A stretch of 64,000 bases of DNA from a virus, in the IMG/VR virus record IMGVR_UViG_3300030329_003470, positions 132,582-196,581 of that record. One strand, 5' to 3'. How positions within the stretch are numbered: position 1 is the first letter of the stretch; the number at the start of each line of letters is the position of its first letter. Positions 52,746 to 61,424 of the stretch are shown in pieces. A model generated the notes under the pieces. It did not search any database. It was not told where the DNA came from and saw nothing but the letters and a program-made list of their open reading frames with translations. Both the position numbers and the translations under genes were made by a program.

Positions 52746-52983
52746 AATCTATATAATCTATATCTTGTATTAATTTCCATTCATCTCCTTTTGGAAAAGG
52801 TTTTTCTCTGTCTGGCCAATCATTTACATCTGTGGTATCTCTATAACGATTAGAACATATTGGTCCACAAAACGGTCTTATAATTCTTTTATCAAAATTG
52901 TTGTAGTATAAAGAATCAAACCAATACACGCCATTAAAAAAAGTTTTATGACAGACGTAACAAGTATGTAATTTTTTAACCAT
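52732..52983 (-). CDS. Small Cys-rich (CxxC...CxxxC) protein
   Basis: CYVC and FCGPIC. Confidence 0.6.
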   Translation of the reverse strand: MVKKLHTCYVCHKTFFNGVYWFDSLYYNNFDKRIIRPFCGPICSNRYRDTTDVNDWPDREKPFPKGDEWKLIQDIDYIDYETD

Positions 52984-53839
52984 TTTCTTTTAATAATAAA
53001 TTTGCTAAACCGTAAATGCTTTTATAATCCTGTGAATGTGCCGCTAAAATTATATTGCCTGGTCTAAGATTTAAACTTGTACATATTTCATGATGTTTTA
53101 TTTTATATTTTGTAATTAGATAGTCCATAGGTAATCTATCTAAATAATATTGTCCTATCATTAAATTAGGAAATGATATCATTCTATTTTCGTTCTGATG
53201 TGCAATTGAATCTTTAGTTTTATTTTTTAACCATCTTACACCGATTCTGCTCCAATGTAAACCAAAACATTTACTTAAACTCATAGCCATTCCTTTTATA
53301 CATGGTTGGTCTAAATCTAAAGTTAATCCATAAGACGCAGGTAACCATGCACAATCTAAATATACATCTATGTCTAGTTCGTTACATTTTTTTATTATAT
53401 CTTTATAAAGAGGGTGTTCTCCAAGATATTTTGGAAATGGATATTCTAATATAAGTGGTTTTTTAGATTGTAATGTATCTAAAGTTACATATTTGATATT
53501 TGGATTTATTTTTTTGTAATAATTATATCCTTTGTCAAACAGTTGTATATTGTCTATACCGTGTGTCATTATAAGTTCGTCTATAAAATGTTGGCATCCT
53601 ATAATAACGTCTTTTTGATTAAAAAGATCTAAACCTGATATATTCATAGACTTGTTTTCTTTTATTGATTTTTCAAATGTTGCAATAAAGTCTTGATAAT
53701 TTGCTGTAATGTATTTTAAAGTTTCGTTATTGAAGTTTTTAAAAAAATCTAATCTAATTTCTAATAATTTTTTGTCATTAGATAGTGGTGGTATCCAGTC
53801 GTGGCTTAAATCTTTTATGTTAAAAATTTGTTTAGTCAT
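52976..53839 (-). CDS. PLP-dependent transferase-like protein (divergent)
   Basis: YLDCAW, SLSKCFG, RIG pattern of fold-type I PLP enzymes. Confidence 0.5.
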   Translation of the reverse strand: MTKQIFNIKDLSHDWIPPLSNDKKLLEIRLDFFKNFNNETLKYITANYQDFIATFEKSIKENKSMNISGLDLFNQKDVIIGCQHFIDELIMTHGIDNIQLFDKGYNYYKKINPNIKYVTLDTLQSKKPLILEYPFPKYLGEHPLYKDIIKKCNELDIDVYLDCAWLPASYGLTLDLDQPCIKGMAMSLSKCFGLHWSRIGVRWLKNKTKDSIAHQNENRMISFPNLMIGQYYLDRLPMDYLITKYKIKHHEICTSLNLRPGNIILAAHSQDYKSIYGLANLLLKENG

Positions 53840-54275
53840 TGCCGGGTAGTTTAGTCATCTGCTCCATACCACCAGTGTTGACATACCCAGCCTGTTTTCT
53901 ATTTTGCTCTGGTTCGGTTTCTGATACAAGTAAGATATCATTCTCATCTATCATTCTTACTTCTAATTCAACACCGTCTTTTTTAACTTTGAATGCTCTA
54001 GACCATCTACCATGTGAAACTAATATCCATTCTCCAACTTTAACATCATCTTGTTTATTTCCAATAGCATATACTTTTGCCCATCTAGGATGGATACCTG
54101 ATTGTGATCCATCGTCATCTACAAGTATAATACCGCCTTTAGATCTTGTTTCACCAAAGTGCATATCAGATACAAGCACTCTTTTTTTAAGTGGAGTAAT
54201 ATCGTTATCAACAGTGTATTGTTTACCACCGTGTGATCCAAAACCTTTATTCTGTAGATCTTCTATTTGTCCCAT
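53832..54275 (-). CDS. groES: GroES/Cpn10-like co-chaperonin
   Basis: PLKKRVLV, SKGGIIL, VYAIG, VKVGEWIL. Confidence 0.8.
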   Translation of the reverse strand: MGQIEDLQNKGFGSHGGKQYTVDNDITPLKKRVLVSDMHFGETRSKGGIILVDDDGSQSGIHPRWAKVYAIGNKQDDVKVGEWILVSHGRWSRAFKVKKDGVELEVRMIDENDILLVSETEPEQNRKQAGYVNTGGMEQMTKLPGND

Positions 54276-54295
54276 ATAGAAGTATTATATTAGAT

Positions 54296-54676
54296 TTATT
54301 CTATTCCGTCAAGTGCCGCGTCAATACCTTTTTTAGGTGCTGGTGCAGTTTTTGGTTTTGTTTGTCTTGTTCTTGGAGCAGGTTTTGATTCTACTGCTTT
54401 TGGTTGTGGTGCTGGTGGAACCTTTCTTGGTGGAGTAGGTTTTGCTCTTGCTGGAGTTTCGTCTACTTTACCTCTTGGTTGCTCGTAGTATTTTGCAATA
54501 ACTTTTTCTTTAGTTGCCGCTATTGATCCACCCGGTCCTAATATATCGCCTCTAGCATTGACATTCATATTACCAACTGCTCTAACATCTTCGTTGGAAC
54601 CTCTTAATTTTTCTATGTCGATCATACGACCTTGCATTGTTCTATACATTCTTTTTCTGGGTGCTCTTGCTACCAT
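54296..54676 (-). CDS. Hypothetical protein (AVGNMNVNARGD motif, Pro-rich tail)
   Basis: ORF track; AGGAG SD. Confidence 0.75.
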   Translation of the reverse strand: MVARAPRKRMYRTMQGRMIDIEKLRGSNEDVRAVGNMNVNARGDILGPGGSIAATKEKVIAKYYEQPRGKVDETPARAKPTPPRKVPPAPQPKAVESKPAPRTRQTKPKTAPAPKKGIDAALDGIE

Positions 54677-54702
54677 TTTATGCTCCTATTATGTTTTACT
54701 TA

Positions 54703-55224
54703 TCATCTTAAAAATTCAGTGTAATCTAAATTGTATAGTAGTGGATTTATTTTATGTACACCTATTAAAAATAAACAAAAACTTGCTACACTACTACCTC
54801 TGCCCACACCCCATACTACATTATTCTCTCTTAAAGTATCTACAAAATATATTAAAAACTGTAAAACCCTAATAAAGTTTTTCTTTTCAAATAGATCATA
54901 TTCATTTTGCACACGTATTTTTTCCTCATCTGTTTGACACTTTTCTAATAACCATTGTAACACATTAATTTTATAATATTTTCCAGGCATATGCCATTGT
55001 TCACAATTTCTTTTGTCAAACTCTGCTGGTGTAGGTCTTCGTGGTATAGTCTTTAACATTGGAAAATCTAAACCAGTTGCATTTAGACTATCGTTATATT
55101 TTTGAATATCATCAAAAAATATTTTAGAAATGTCAAAATCTGGATTGTTATAAAGAATATCTATTGCATCTTGTTCTGTAAAAATGCAATCACCTGTCTC
55201 ATTTATTTTTGTCTTTGCCACCAT
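54703..55224 (-). CDS. DnaE (Pol III alpha)-like fragment
   Basis: WGVGRGSSVASFCLFLIGVHKINPL..NL...EFL; stops before PDID motif. Confidence 0.75.
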   Translation of the reverse strand: MVAKTKINETGDCIFTEQDAIDILYNNPDFDISKIFFDDIQKYNDSLNATGLDFPMLKTIPRRPTPAEFDKRNCEQWHMPGKYYKINVLQWLLEKCQTDEEKIRVQNEYDLFEKKNFIRVLQFLIYFVDTLRENNVVWGVGRGSSVASFCLFLIGVHKINPLLYNLDYTEFLR

Positions 55225-55840
55225 CTAAAACCTTTGGGTTAAACTCAAATATTTTAGCATGGTACTCGTGCTTCTTGTCAACTGGTATTTTTTCTGCTTT
55301 CCAACTAAAGTGTCCTGTGTATATGCCTTTATCAAGTTCTTTGTCATATGTTGCCGTGTCTGCCCTTAACCACCATGGATCAAAATTGTTGTATTTTTCT
55401 GAAAACCAATTGGGTGTATCTAATAATAACAGTTCTTTACTGTCTTTGTCAACTGTATATGTAATACCATCGCCTTGCCAACTGCTTAATTCTAATTTGC
55501 TAACAGTGATTACCGAATCTAATACTGAATTTGCTTTACAAAAACACACTGCTGACATTATTTGATCGTATGGCGGCTTTGGTAATTCAATAAATCTATT
55601 GTTTGAAGTTTTAGATAATGTATGATAAAGTTTTTCTTCTCTCCAAGTGGTAATTGTATTTGCAAATACCATTTCAAAAAGATTTTTTAATCTTTCAAAA
55701 TATTCTGTTTGTTCTTTTAAATTTGCTGTGTGTGGAGTTATATGAAGTTTAACATTATACTCGTTAGAAAATAATTCTCCATCTACTATAATGATTGATT
55801 TGAATTTTGTTTTCCAACTAAAACTGTTTGACATCAACAA
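55199..55840 (-). CDS. Hypothetical protein
   Basis: ORF track. Confidence 0.7.
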   Translation of the reverse strand: MLMSNSFSWKTKFKSIIIVDGELFSNEYNVKLHITPHTANLKEQTEYFERLKNLFEMVFANTITTWREEKLYHTLSKTSNNRFIELPKPPYDQIMSAVCFCKANSVLDSVITVSKLELSSWQGDGITYTVDKDSKELLLLDTPNWFSEKYNNFDPWWLRADTATYDKELDKGIYTGHFSWKAEKIPVDKKHEYHAKIFEFNPKVLDGGKDKNK

Positions 55841-55846
55841 TACTTA

Positions 55847-56098
55847 CTATTCCATGTTGATTAAATCACCGAGATCTGGTTCACCTCTTGCTTTTTTATA
55901 ATTCTTGTGCCATTGTTCGAGTCTTCTTTGTCTAATAGCATCTTGATATGTGAGTAATGCTTTTTGTAAGTTTGCTAACATCTCAGGATTTCTTCCTCTT
56001 CTAGCAATAGCCGTTTTTCGAGAAAGTTCTTTAATTCTTTTTGATATATCCTCGTCAGACAAATTATTAATTTCTTCTTGTAATGGATGAAAGTACAT
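55847..56098 (-). CDS. Small coiled-coil hypothetical protein
   Basis: ORF track; GGGGG SD. Confidence 0.65.
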   Translation of the reverse strand: MYFHPLQEEINNLSDEDISKRIKELSRKTAIARRGRNPEMLANLQKALLTYQDAIRQRRLEQWHKNYKKARGEPDLGDLINME

Positions 56099-56113
56099 AG
56101 TACCCCCTAATTA

Positions 56114-56677
56114 TTAGATATAAACTTTACCAATTTGGTGCATTAGTATTGTTGTGCCACCATCTGGAGTTAAAAATTCATATAAAAATCTTTTGTTATC
56201 AGGAAAAGTAATTGTATCAGACGATCCATCACCTCCTGTTACGTTATCGGCAACAATTACAGCACTTGGAATAGTTAATGTGTGTGCTACATCGGCGCAA
56301 GTGATATCTAACACTATTCTACCTAGTGATCCTGTTGCTGGTAAATTTGTAAAAGACAATGTTACAGATGCATTTGTTGTGATTGTTTGGTAATGTCCGT
56401 TTCCATGATTTAGAGTTATTGATCCACCTGTTGTACCATGTGCGTATACTTTTTCAGCAGTATCTTTAAATGTTGCTCTCGTAACTTCGTTGTCTGCAAA
56501 ATTACTTGATCCATCTAAACTAGCCTTATTTGTTTGTAATGCTTCAATTTCTGTTTTTGCTTCAGTAAAATTATTTTGAATTGAATTAAAATTATCTCTA
56601 AAACCTTGAGAACTATTATCCTGCCCTGCTTTTGGGAAGGTTGCATCTACGTTTCCTGGTACTATATTACTTGCCAT
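56114..56677 (-). CDS. Putative tail/baseplate fibre protein
   Basis: FP.AGQDNSSQGFRDNF N-terminus, beta-rich C-terminus. Confidence 0.65.
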   Translation of the reverse strand: MASNIVPGNVDATFPKAGQDNSSQGFRDNFNSIQNNFTEAKTEIEALQTNKASLDGSSNFADNEVTRATFKDTAEKVYAHGTTGGSITLNHGNGHYQTITTNASVTLSFTNLPATGSLGRIVLDITCADVAHTLTIPSAVIVADNVTGGDGSSDTITFPDNKRFLYEFLTPDGGTTILMHQIGKVYI

Positions 56678-59187
56678 TAAAATATTCCTTTGCTCCTAAA
56701 TTTAAGATATTTATCGTTGGCTCTTTCAACTGTAATAATAGTGCCGTCTGACGGTACTTCTTTGGTAAATGTAATTGTAGTTTTACCAGTTGATGTATTA
56801 TGAGAAAGTTCAATACCAAATTCATGATCTGCTGATCTCAATGTGCCGTCTGCTGTTAGCCACGTTGGAACAATATTATTATCTGCTGATACACCATTTC
56901 CTACGTAAACAGTACTAGTTCCTTCTTTAACTAAAATATCTTCTTCATGTACAATCTCATCTAATTCAAATGTAGTAGTTGAGCCATCACCTGTAAATTT
57001 AGCAGGTGTAATTTTACTTTTAGTAATTTGATATCTGTCAACAATAAATTGAATATTACTAAAAGTTAACGATTTATCATTAATTCTTTTCTTTAATAGA
57101 GCAGATGTGCCTGGTTTACAATAACATATAGGCACTGCTAATACAAATCCTAATGGTGCTTTGCTGTCTGCTTGTATTGTTTTCATCCATAAAGGTAGAT
57201 GTTCCCATTCTTTGTGCCCTAAACTTTTCATTCTGCTTCTCATATTTGCAACTGCATTTGGATAAAGTGTTCCCATAAAGTCTAAGTCTGCCGATAATTG
57301 ATTTGCATATCTTACTTTGGAACCAGAAGTTGAAAATGCCAATCCACCACTTGTAGTAATTTCGTATTCGTTCATGTCAGTGGTTGCTTCAGTAGTAGAT
57401 GCTCTTGGACCTATCATAGGTTTTGCAACTGCACTTCTTAGTGTAACTGATTCGCCAATTGCTGTACCACTATTATTAACAAATTCATCTTTCATTTCAA
57501 TATAAACAACTTCGTATTTTGTAGTACCGCTTTCTTTTGCTATGGCAGTTTTTAATTCTCCAAAATATAAAGTTTTTGGTGCGTGACTTTGTTCCATTTG
57601 TCTTTGGAATGTTTGTAGTGTTTGTGCTTCTAGTCCTGCCATCATTAACATTTCAGGATTTAATTTCATTCCAAAATTTGTATCTTCTGGTCGATATATG
57701 TACTCAGGTGAGTTTATGTTTGGATCTTGTGCAATATTATAAAATACATTTTGATCAATAAATGATGTTGAATGTCCAACCATACTTCCATATTCAATTG
57801 ATGTATATGGTATATCAATGTTTAAAGTAAATTCTTTTGATGTTGCCGCTTCTTGGTATTGGTCACTTACTGAAACTGTAAACGTGTATGCTCTTGTTGA
57901 ATCTGAGAAATCACTCGGATCAATAGTTCCAATTAGATTACCTTGTTCAGAAAGTGTTATTCCAGTTGGCAAAGAACCTGAAGTTACTTCATAAGTTAAT
58001 ACTCTATTTGTATTTTCTGCAACTGCAACAATTGATAATGTGCTTGGTACGTCAGCACTCAAAGTTCCAATAACTGTAGGAGTTGAGAATGCTATTCCAA
58101 TATCAATTTCTCCAATAACTTTCATTGTGAAAGTTTGATCAGTGAAAACATGAATACCTGTACTAACAACTCTATTTGCTCTTACAGTGAAAGTGTAAGT
58201 GGTTTCAATTGCGGCTTGTTTAGCCAGAGTACCAAATATTTCTCCTGTTTTAAGATCAATGTTTAATCCAGAAGGTAATGCACCTGATTGAATTGAATAT
58301 TCTAAATCTGCTTGTAAAGGATCAAAATCATCTACATCAATTTTAATAACACAGGCGTTGTCGTGTCTAAACGTTCCAAGGTCTGATGCTGTTTTAAATA
58401 CTGGTCTTCTATTAGCACTTAGGTCCATAGTTAAAGGTGAACCATCAAGGATAGTCATATCAATAGTAATTTGTGTATTAGATACTCTCCAATAATCTGC
58501 TGAATAAACAAATATTGAATTATTTTGATCTACATAACTTGTACCATCTGAAACTCTAACTATAAAATCAAAATTTCTTGAAATACTTCTTGTAGTAACT
58601 GTTTTATCATAAACTGCATCATCGTATGCTTCTTGATTATTATCATAACCACCACGCGAATCAGCAAATATGTCTTCTGTTAATTGAACTATTCCTGTTA
58701 CTAATCCTGTGCTTGACATAGTAATACCCGGTGGCAATTCACCTTGTACTATTTCATATACTAATTGTTGTCCTGCCGCAGTATCAGAATCAGTTGCTTG
58801 TATTTGAACTGACATTTGTCCACCATCTAATATCCAATAAAGTCCAACTCTTGTGGAATCTTCCATTTTAAGTTGTCCTGAAGCGGTTGTAAATGTTGGA
58901 GCATCTGCACCTGATACATCAAGATAAAATGTTCTGTCTGTAATTTTTGTTCCAGCCGTGGCACGTACGACGAAGGTATATCTAGTTCTTTTCGAAACCT
59001 CGGCTGGAATTCCTGTCAGTAAGCCTGTTGAAGTAAGTTCCATTCCTGAAGGTAGGCTTCCTGCGATTACGGAGTAAGTGACAGCCGTAGAATCGGCTGT
59101 ATTCGCTTCTAATTGTAGCGAATATGCCACTTGTTCGTCAATTGACGCAATTTTACCTGCTGTGGTTGTCCACACTGGTGTCGACAT
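56677..59187 (-). CDS. Virion structural protein with tandem Ig-like (He_PIG-type) repeats
   Basis: Four Y....G.LP.G..L...G.I.G repeats; TAAATA plus GAAGGAG SD. Confidence 0.75.
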   Translation of the reverse strand: MSTPVWTTTAGKIASIDEQVAYSLQLEANTADSTAVTYSVIAGSLPSGMELTSTGLLTGIPAEVSKRTRYTFVVRATAGTKITDRTFYLDVSGADAPTFTTASGQLKMEDSTRVGLYWILDGGQMSVQIQATDSDTAAGQQLVYEIVQGELPPGITMSSTGLVTGIVQLTEDIFADSRGGYDNNQEAYDDAVYDKTVTTRSISRNFDFIVRVSDGTSYVDQNNSIFVYSADYWRVSNTQITIDMTILDGSPLTMDLSANRRPVFKTASDLGTFRHDNACVIKIDVDDFDPLQADLEYSIQSGALPSGLNIDLKTGEIFGTLAKQAAIETTYTFTVRANRVVSTGIHVFTDQTFTMKVIGEIDIGIAFSTPTVIGTLSADVPSTLSIVAVAENTNRVLTYEVTSGSLPTGITLSEQGNLIGTIDPSDFSDSTRAYTFTVSVSDQYQEAATSKEFTLNIDIPYTSIEYGSMVGHSTSFIDQNVFYNIAQDPNINSPEYIYRPEDTNFGMKLNPEMLMMAGLEAQTLQTFQRQMEQSHAPKTLYFGELKTAIAKESGTTKYEVVYIEMKDEFVNNSGTAIGESVTLRSAVAKPMIGPRASTTEATTDMNEYEITTSGGLAFSTSGSKVRYANQLSADLDFMGTLYPNAVANMRSRMKSLGHKEWEHLPLWMKTIQADSKAPLGFVLAVPICYCKPGTSALLKKRINDKSLTFSNIQFIVDRYQITKSKITPAKFTGDGSTTTFELDEIVHEEDILVKEGTSTVYVGNGVSADNNIVPTWLTADGTLRSADHEFGIELSHNTSTGKTTITFTKEVPSDGTIITVERANDKYLKFRSKGIF

Positions 59188-59221
59188 TAAAACTTACTCC
59201 TTCGTCAGTATTTATTGAGTT

Positions 59222-59377
59222 TTAGTATCTATTATTCTGTGTGCGATGCCAATGTTCTAGGTGTTGCTTTATATTTTCACGTGCAACAGGGTCTCTTTCA
59301 CGTTTAAGTGCTTCTTGTAATCTAGTAATTTCTGATCGTGGAGATCGATGTCTTTTGTTGTTATAATGTTTTCTCAT
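59222..59377 (-). CDS. Small basic protein (51 aa, MRKHYNNKRHRSPR...)
   Basis: Manual translation in 230-nt gap. Confidence 0.55.
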   Translation of the reverse strand: MRKHYNNKRHRSPRSEITRLQEALKRERDPVARENIKQHLEHWHRTQNNRY

Positions 59378-59416
59378 ATTGTCTTATGTTAAGACTTTTT
59401 GTTATGATACGTATTA

Positions 59417-61366
59417 TTACGATACAGTAGCACTAAATGGAGTTGCTGGGTTAGAACTAGTTGGAACCCTCATACAACCTCTTACGTGCCATTGGTCAGT
59501 TGCTATATCAATTAATTCTAGATGATCACCAAGTAGTCCACCTGTTGTAGTACCATTCAAAGTTATTGTATCTGAAGTCGCCGCTGTTCCATATCCTGTA
59601 ACTGCTGTACCATCTAAATCTAAGTAAGTGATTATACCGTCAATAGTGTTATTAGCATCTGGCACTTTAATAATGTAGTTAGATGTGTTTGTTACACTTA
59701 CTACAAACTTATATGTTGTACCAGAACCTGTAGCATCTGGAAGTGTTAATGTAACCTGTGCGTTACCGCCTACTTCACCAAGTAATAATGTTCTACCTGC
59801 GTGTTCTGCCTCAGTAATTGCGTCATCTCCTGTGAAAGTATGTATTGCTTGTTTAAAAGATCCTGTTAAAGTTAATTGGTTTGCTGTTGTTACTGCACCT
59901 GTACCTTGTGGAGTGATTGTTATGTCACCATTTGTAACTAAACCTGTTATTGTTGATGCAGTTGTTGAAATTTCAGTTTGTCCAATTTTAACTGGACCAG
60001 TTCCTTGTGTTCCAAGTTCTAAAGCATGGTTTGAAGTATCGTTTTCAATTTTGTCTGCTCTTAATGTTGTGAATTCACCTAGTGTTGCTTGGAATTCAGT
60101 AGCAGTAGCAATTCCACCTAATGCAACTGTTGAACCAGCCTGTGGTGTTAAAGTAATACCACCTGATGATGGAGCAGAAATTGTGTTTCCATCAATTCTT
60201 AAATTATCAACATTTAATTGTCCTGTTGTATTTTGTGTACCTGTGTGAGTTACTGTTCCTGTTAATACTATTGCACCTGTACCTGCTGGATCAATAACTA
60301 TATCACCATTTGAATCTGAAGTGATTGAACCATCTGCAGTGATGTTTAAGTCACCAATTGATAATGTTGCTGGTGCGATGTTGCCTGAAACTACTATGTT
60401 ACCTGTTGTTGTAATATCTGTTGTGGTTAATGTTCCAGTTACATCTACGTTTTCTGCAAGATTAATTGCTGTTGAATCTGATGAGTCTAGTGTTGTACCA
60501 TTTACTCTTAATGCACTCAATACTACATCACCTGTTCCACTTGGTTGAATGCTTATATCTGCATTTGAACCATTTGATGAGATAGCATTTGTAGTCACTG
60601 AACCTGCTGTCATAGTGCCTAGCACAGTCGCTCCGCCACTTAAAGTAGTTAAACCAGTTACTCCTAATGTTGTACTGAAACTACCTGACGTTCCTGTTAA
60701 TGCACCTGTGATATCAACTGCTTCTGCTATTGTAACAGAAGTTGAATCTGATGAATCTAATGTTGTGCCATTTACTCTTAAAGCACTGATTACAACGTCA
60801 CCTGTACCGCTTGGTTGTATTGAAATATCTGCGTTAGAACCATTTGATGAAATGGCATTTGTTGTAACTGAGTTTGCTGTCAAAGTATTATTGACAGTTG
60901 TTGCACCTGTTAAAGTTGTTGTACCTGTTACTGCTAAAGTAGTACTTAAAGATGCTGATGTTCCTGTTAAAGCACCTGTTACATCAACACCTTCTGCAAA
61001 AGTTATTAGTGTTGAGTCATCTGAACTAAAAGTTGTACCGTTTAGTTTGATTGCACCTACAAATATATTTCCTGTACCATTTGCAGTTATTCTTATATCT
61101 TCGTTACTTCTAGTTCCTTCAATGTGATTATCTCTTATTTGAAATCCTTCAAATTCAATGGCACCTGTGCCACTTGCTTCTAGAACTAAATTTGCATTAG
61201 TAACATTAGAAGAAACCTTGTTTCCTGAAAGTGTTATTTGTTGTCCAAATGCTGAAGTTCCATATAATTCTGTAAAGTTATCATTTATCTTATTAAATGC
61301 TGTTCTTAATGGATCGCCTGTGCCGTCATTAGCCGCTGATCCTATACCAATAGTTTGTTGTGCCAT
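59417..61366 (-). CDS. Tail fibre / baseplate-wedge-like protein with internal repeats
   Basis: NDGTGDPLR.AF.KIN.NF.ELY N-terminus; repeated DI.I.P.GTG.V units. Confidence 0.75.
   Translation of the reverse strand: MAQQTIGIGSAANDGTGDPLRTAFNKINDNFTELYGTSAFGQQITLSGNKVSSNVTNANLVLEASGTGAIEFEGFQIRDNHIEGTRSNEDIRITANGTGNIFVGAIKLNGTTFSSDDSTLITFAEGVDVTGALTGTSASLSTTLAVTGTTTLTGATTVNNTLTANSVTTNAISSNGSNADISIQPSGTGDVVISALRVNGTTLDSSDSTSVTIAEAVDITGALTGTSGSFSTTLGVTGLTTLSGGATVLGTMTAGSVTTNAISSNGSNADISIQPSGTGDVVLSALRVNGTTLDSSDSTAINLAENVDVTGTLTTTDITTTGNIVVSGNIAPATLSIGDLNITADGSITSDSNGDIVIDPAGTGAIVLTGTVTHTGTQNTTGQLNVDNLRIDGNTISAPSSGGITLTPQAGSTVALGGIATATEFQATLGEFTTLRADKIENDTSNHALELGTQGTGPVKIGQTEISTTASTITGLVTNGDITITPQGTGAVTTANQLTLTGSFKQAIHTFTGDDAITEAEHAGRTLLLGEVGGNAQVTLTLPDATGSGTTYKFVVSVTNTSNYIIKVPDANNTIDGIITYLDLDGTAVTGYGTAATSDTITLNGTTTGGLLGDHLELIDIATDQWHVRGCMRVPTSSNPATPFSATVS
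60250..61140 (-). repeat. About 270-bp (90-aa) period fibre repeat, synonymously diverged
   Basis: 60481-60600 vs 60751-60870 near-duplicate (NADISIQPSGTGDVV.SALRVNGTTLDSSDST). Confidence 0.8.
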
Positions 61367-61424
61367 ATATTAATTCCTCTTTATAAAGATTATTTATTTA
61401 GAATTCTATAAACCGAATGTAATT

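Noticed and set aside
54703-55224. Programmed frameshift or pseudogene explanation for the DnaE fragment
   Set aside because: Double stop followed at once by the next gene's SD, no downstream DnaE sequence, and an intact N-terminal region with its own start
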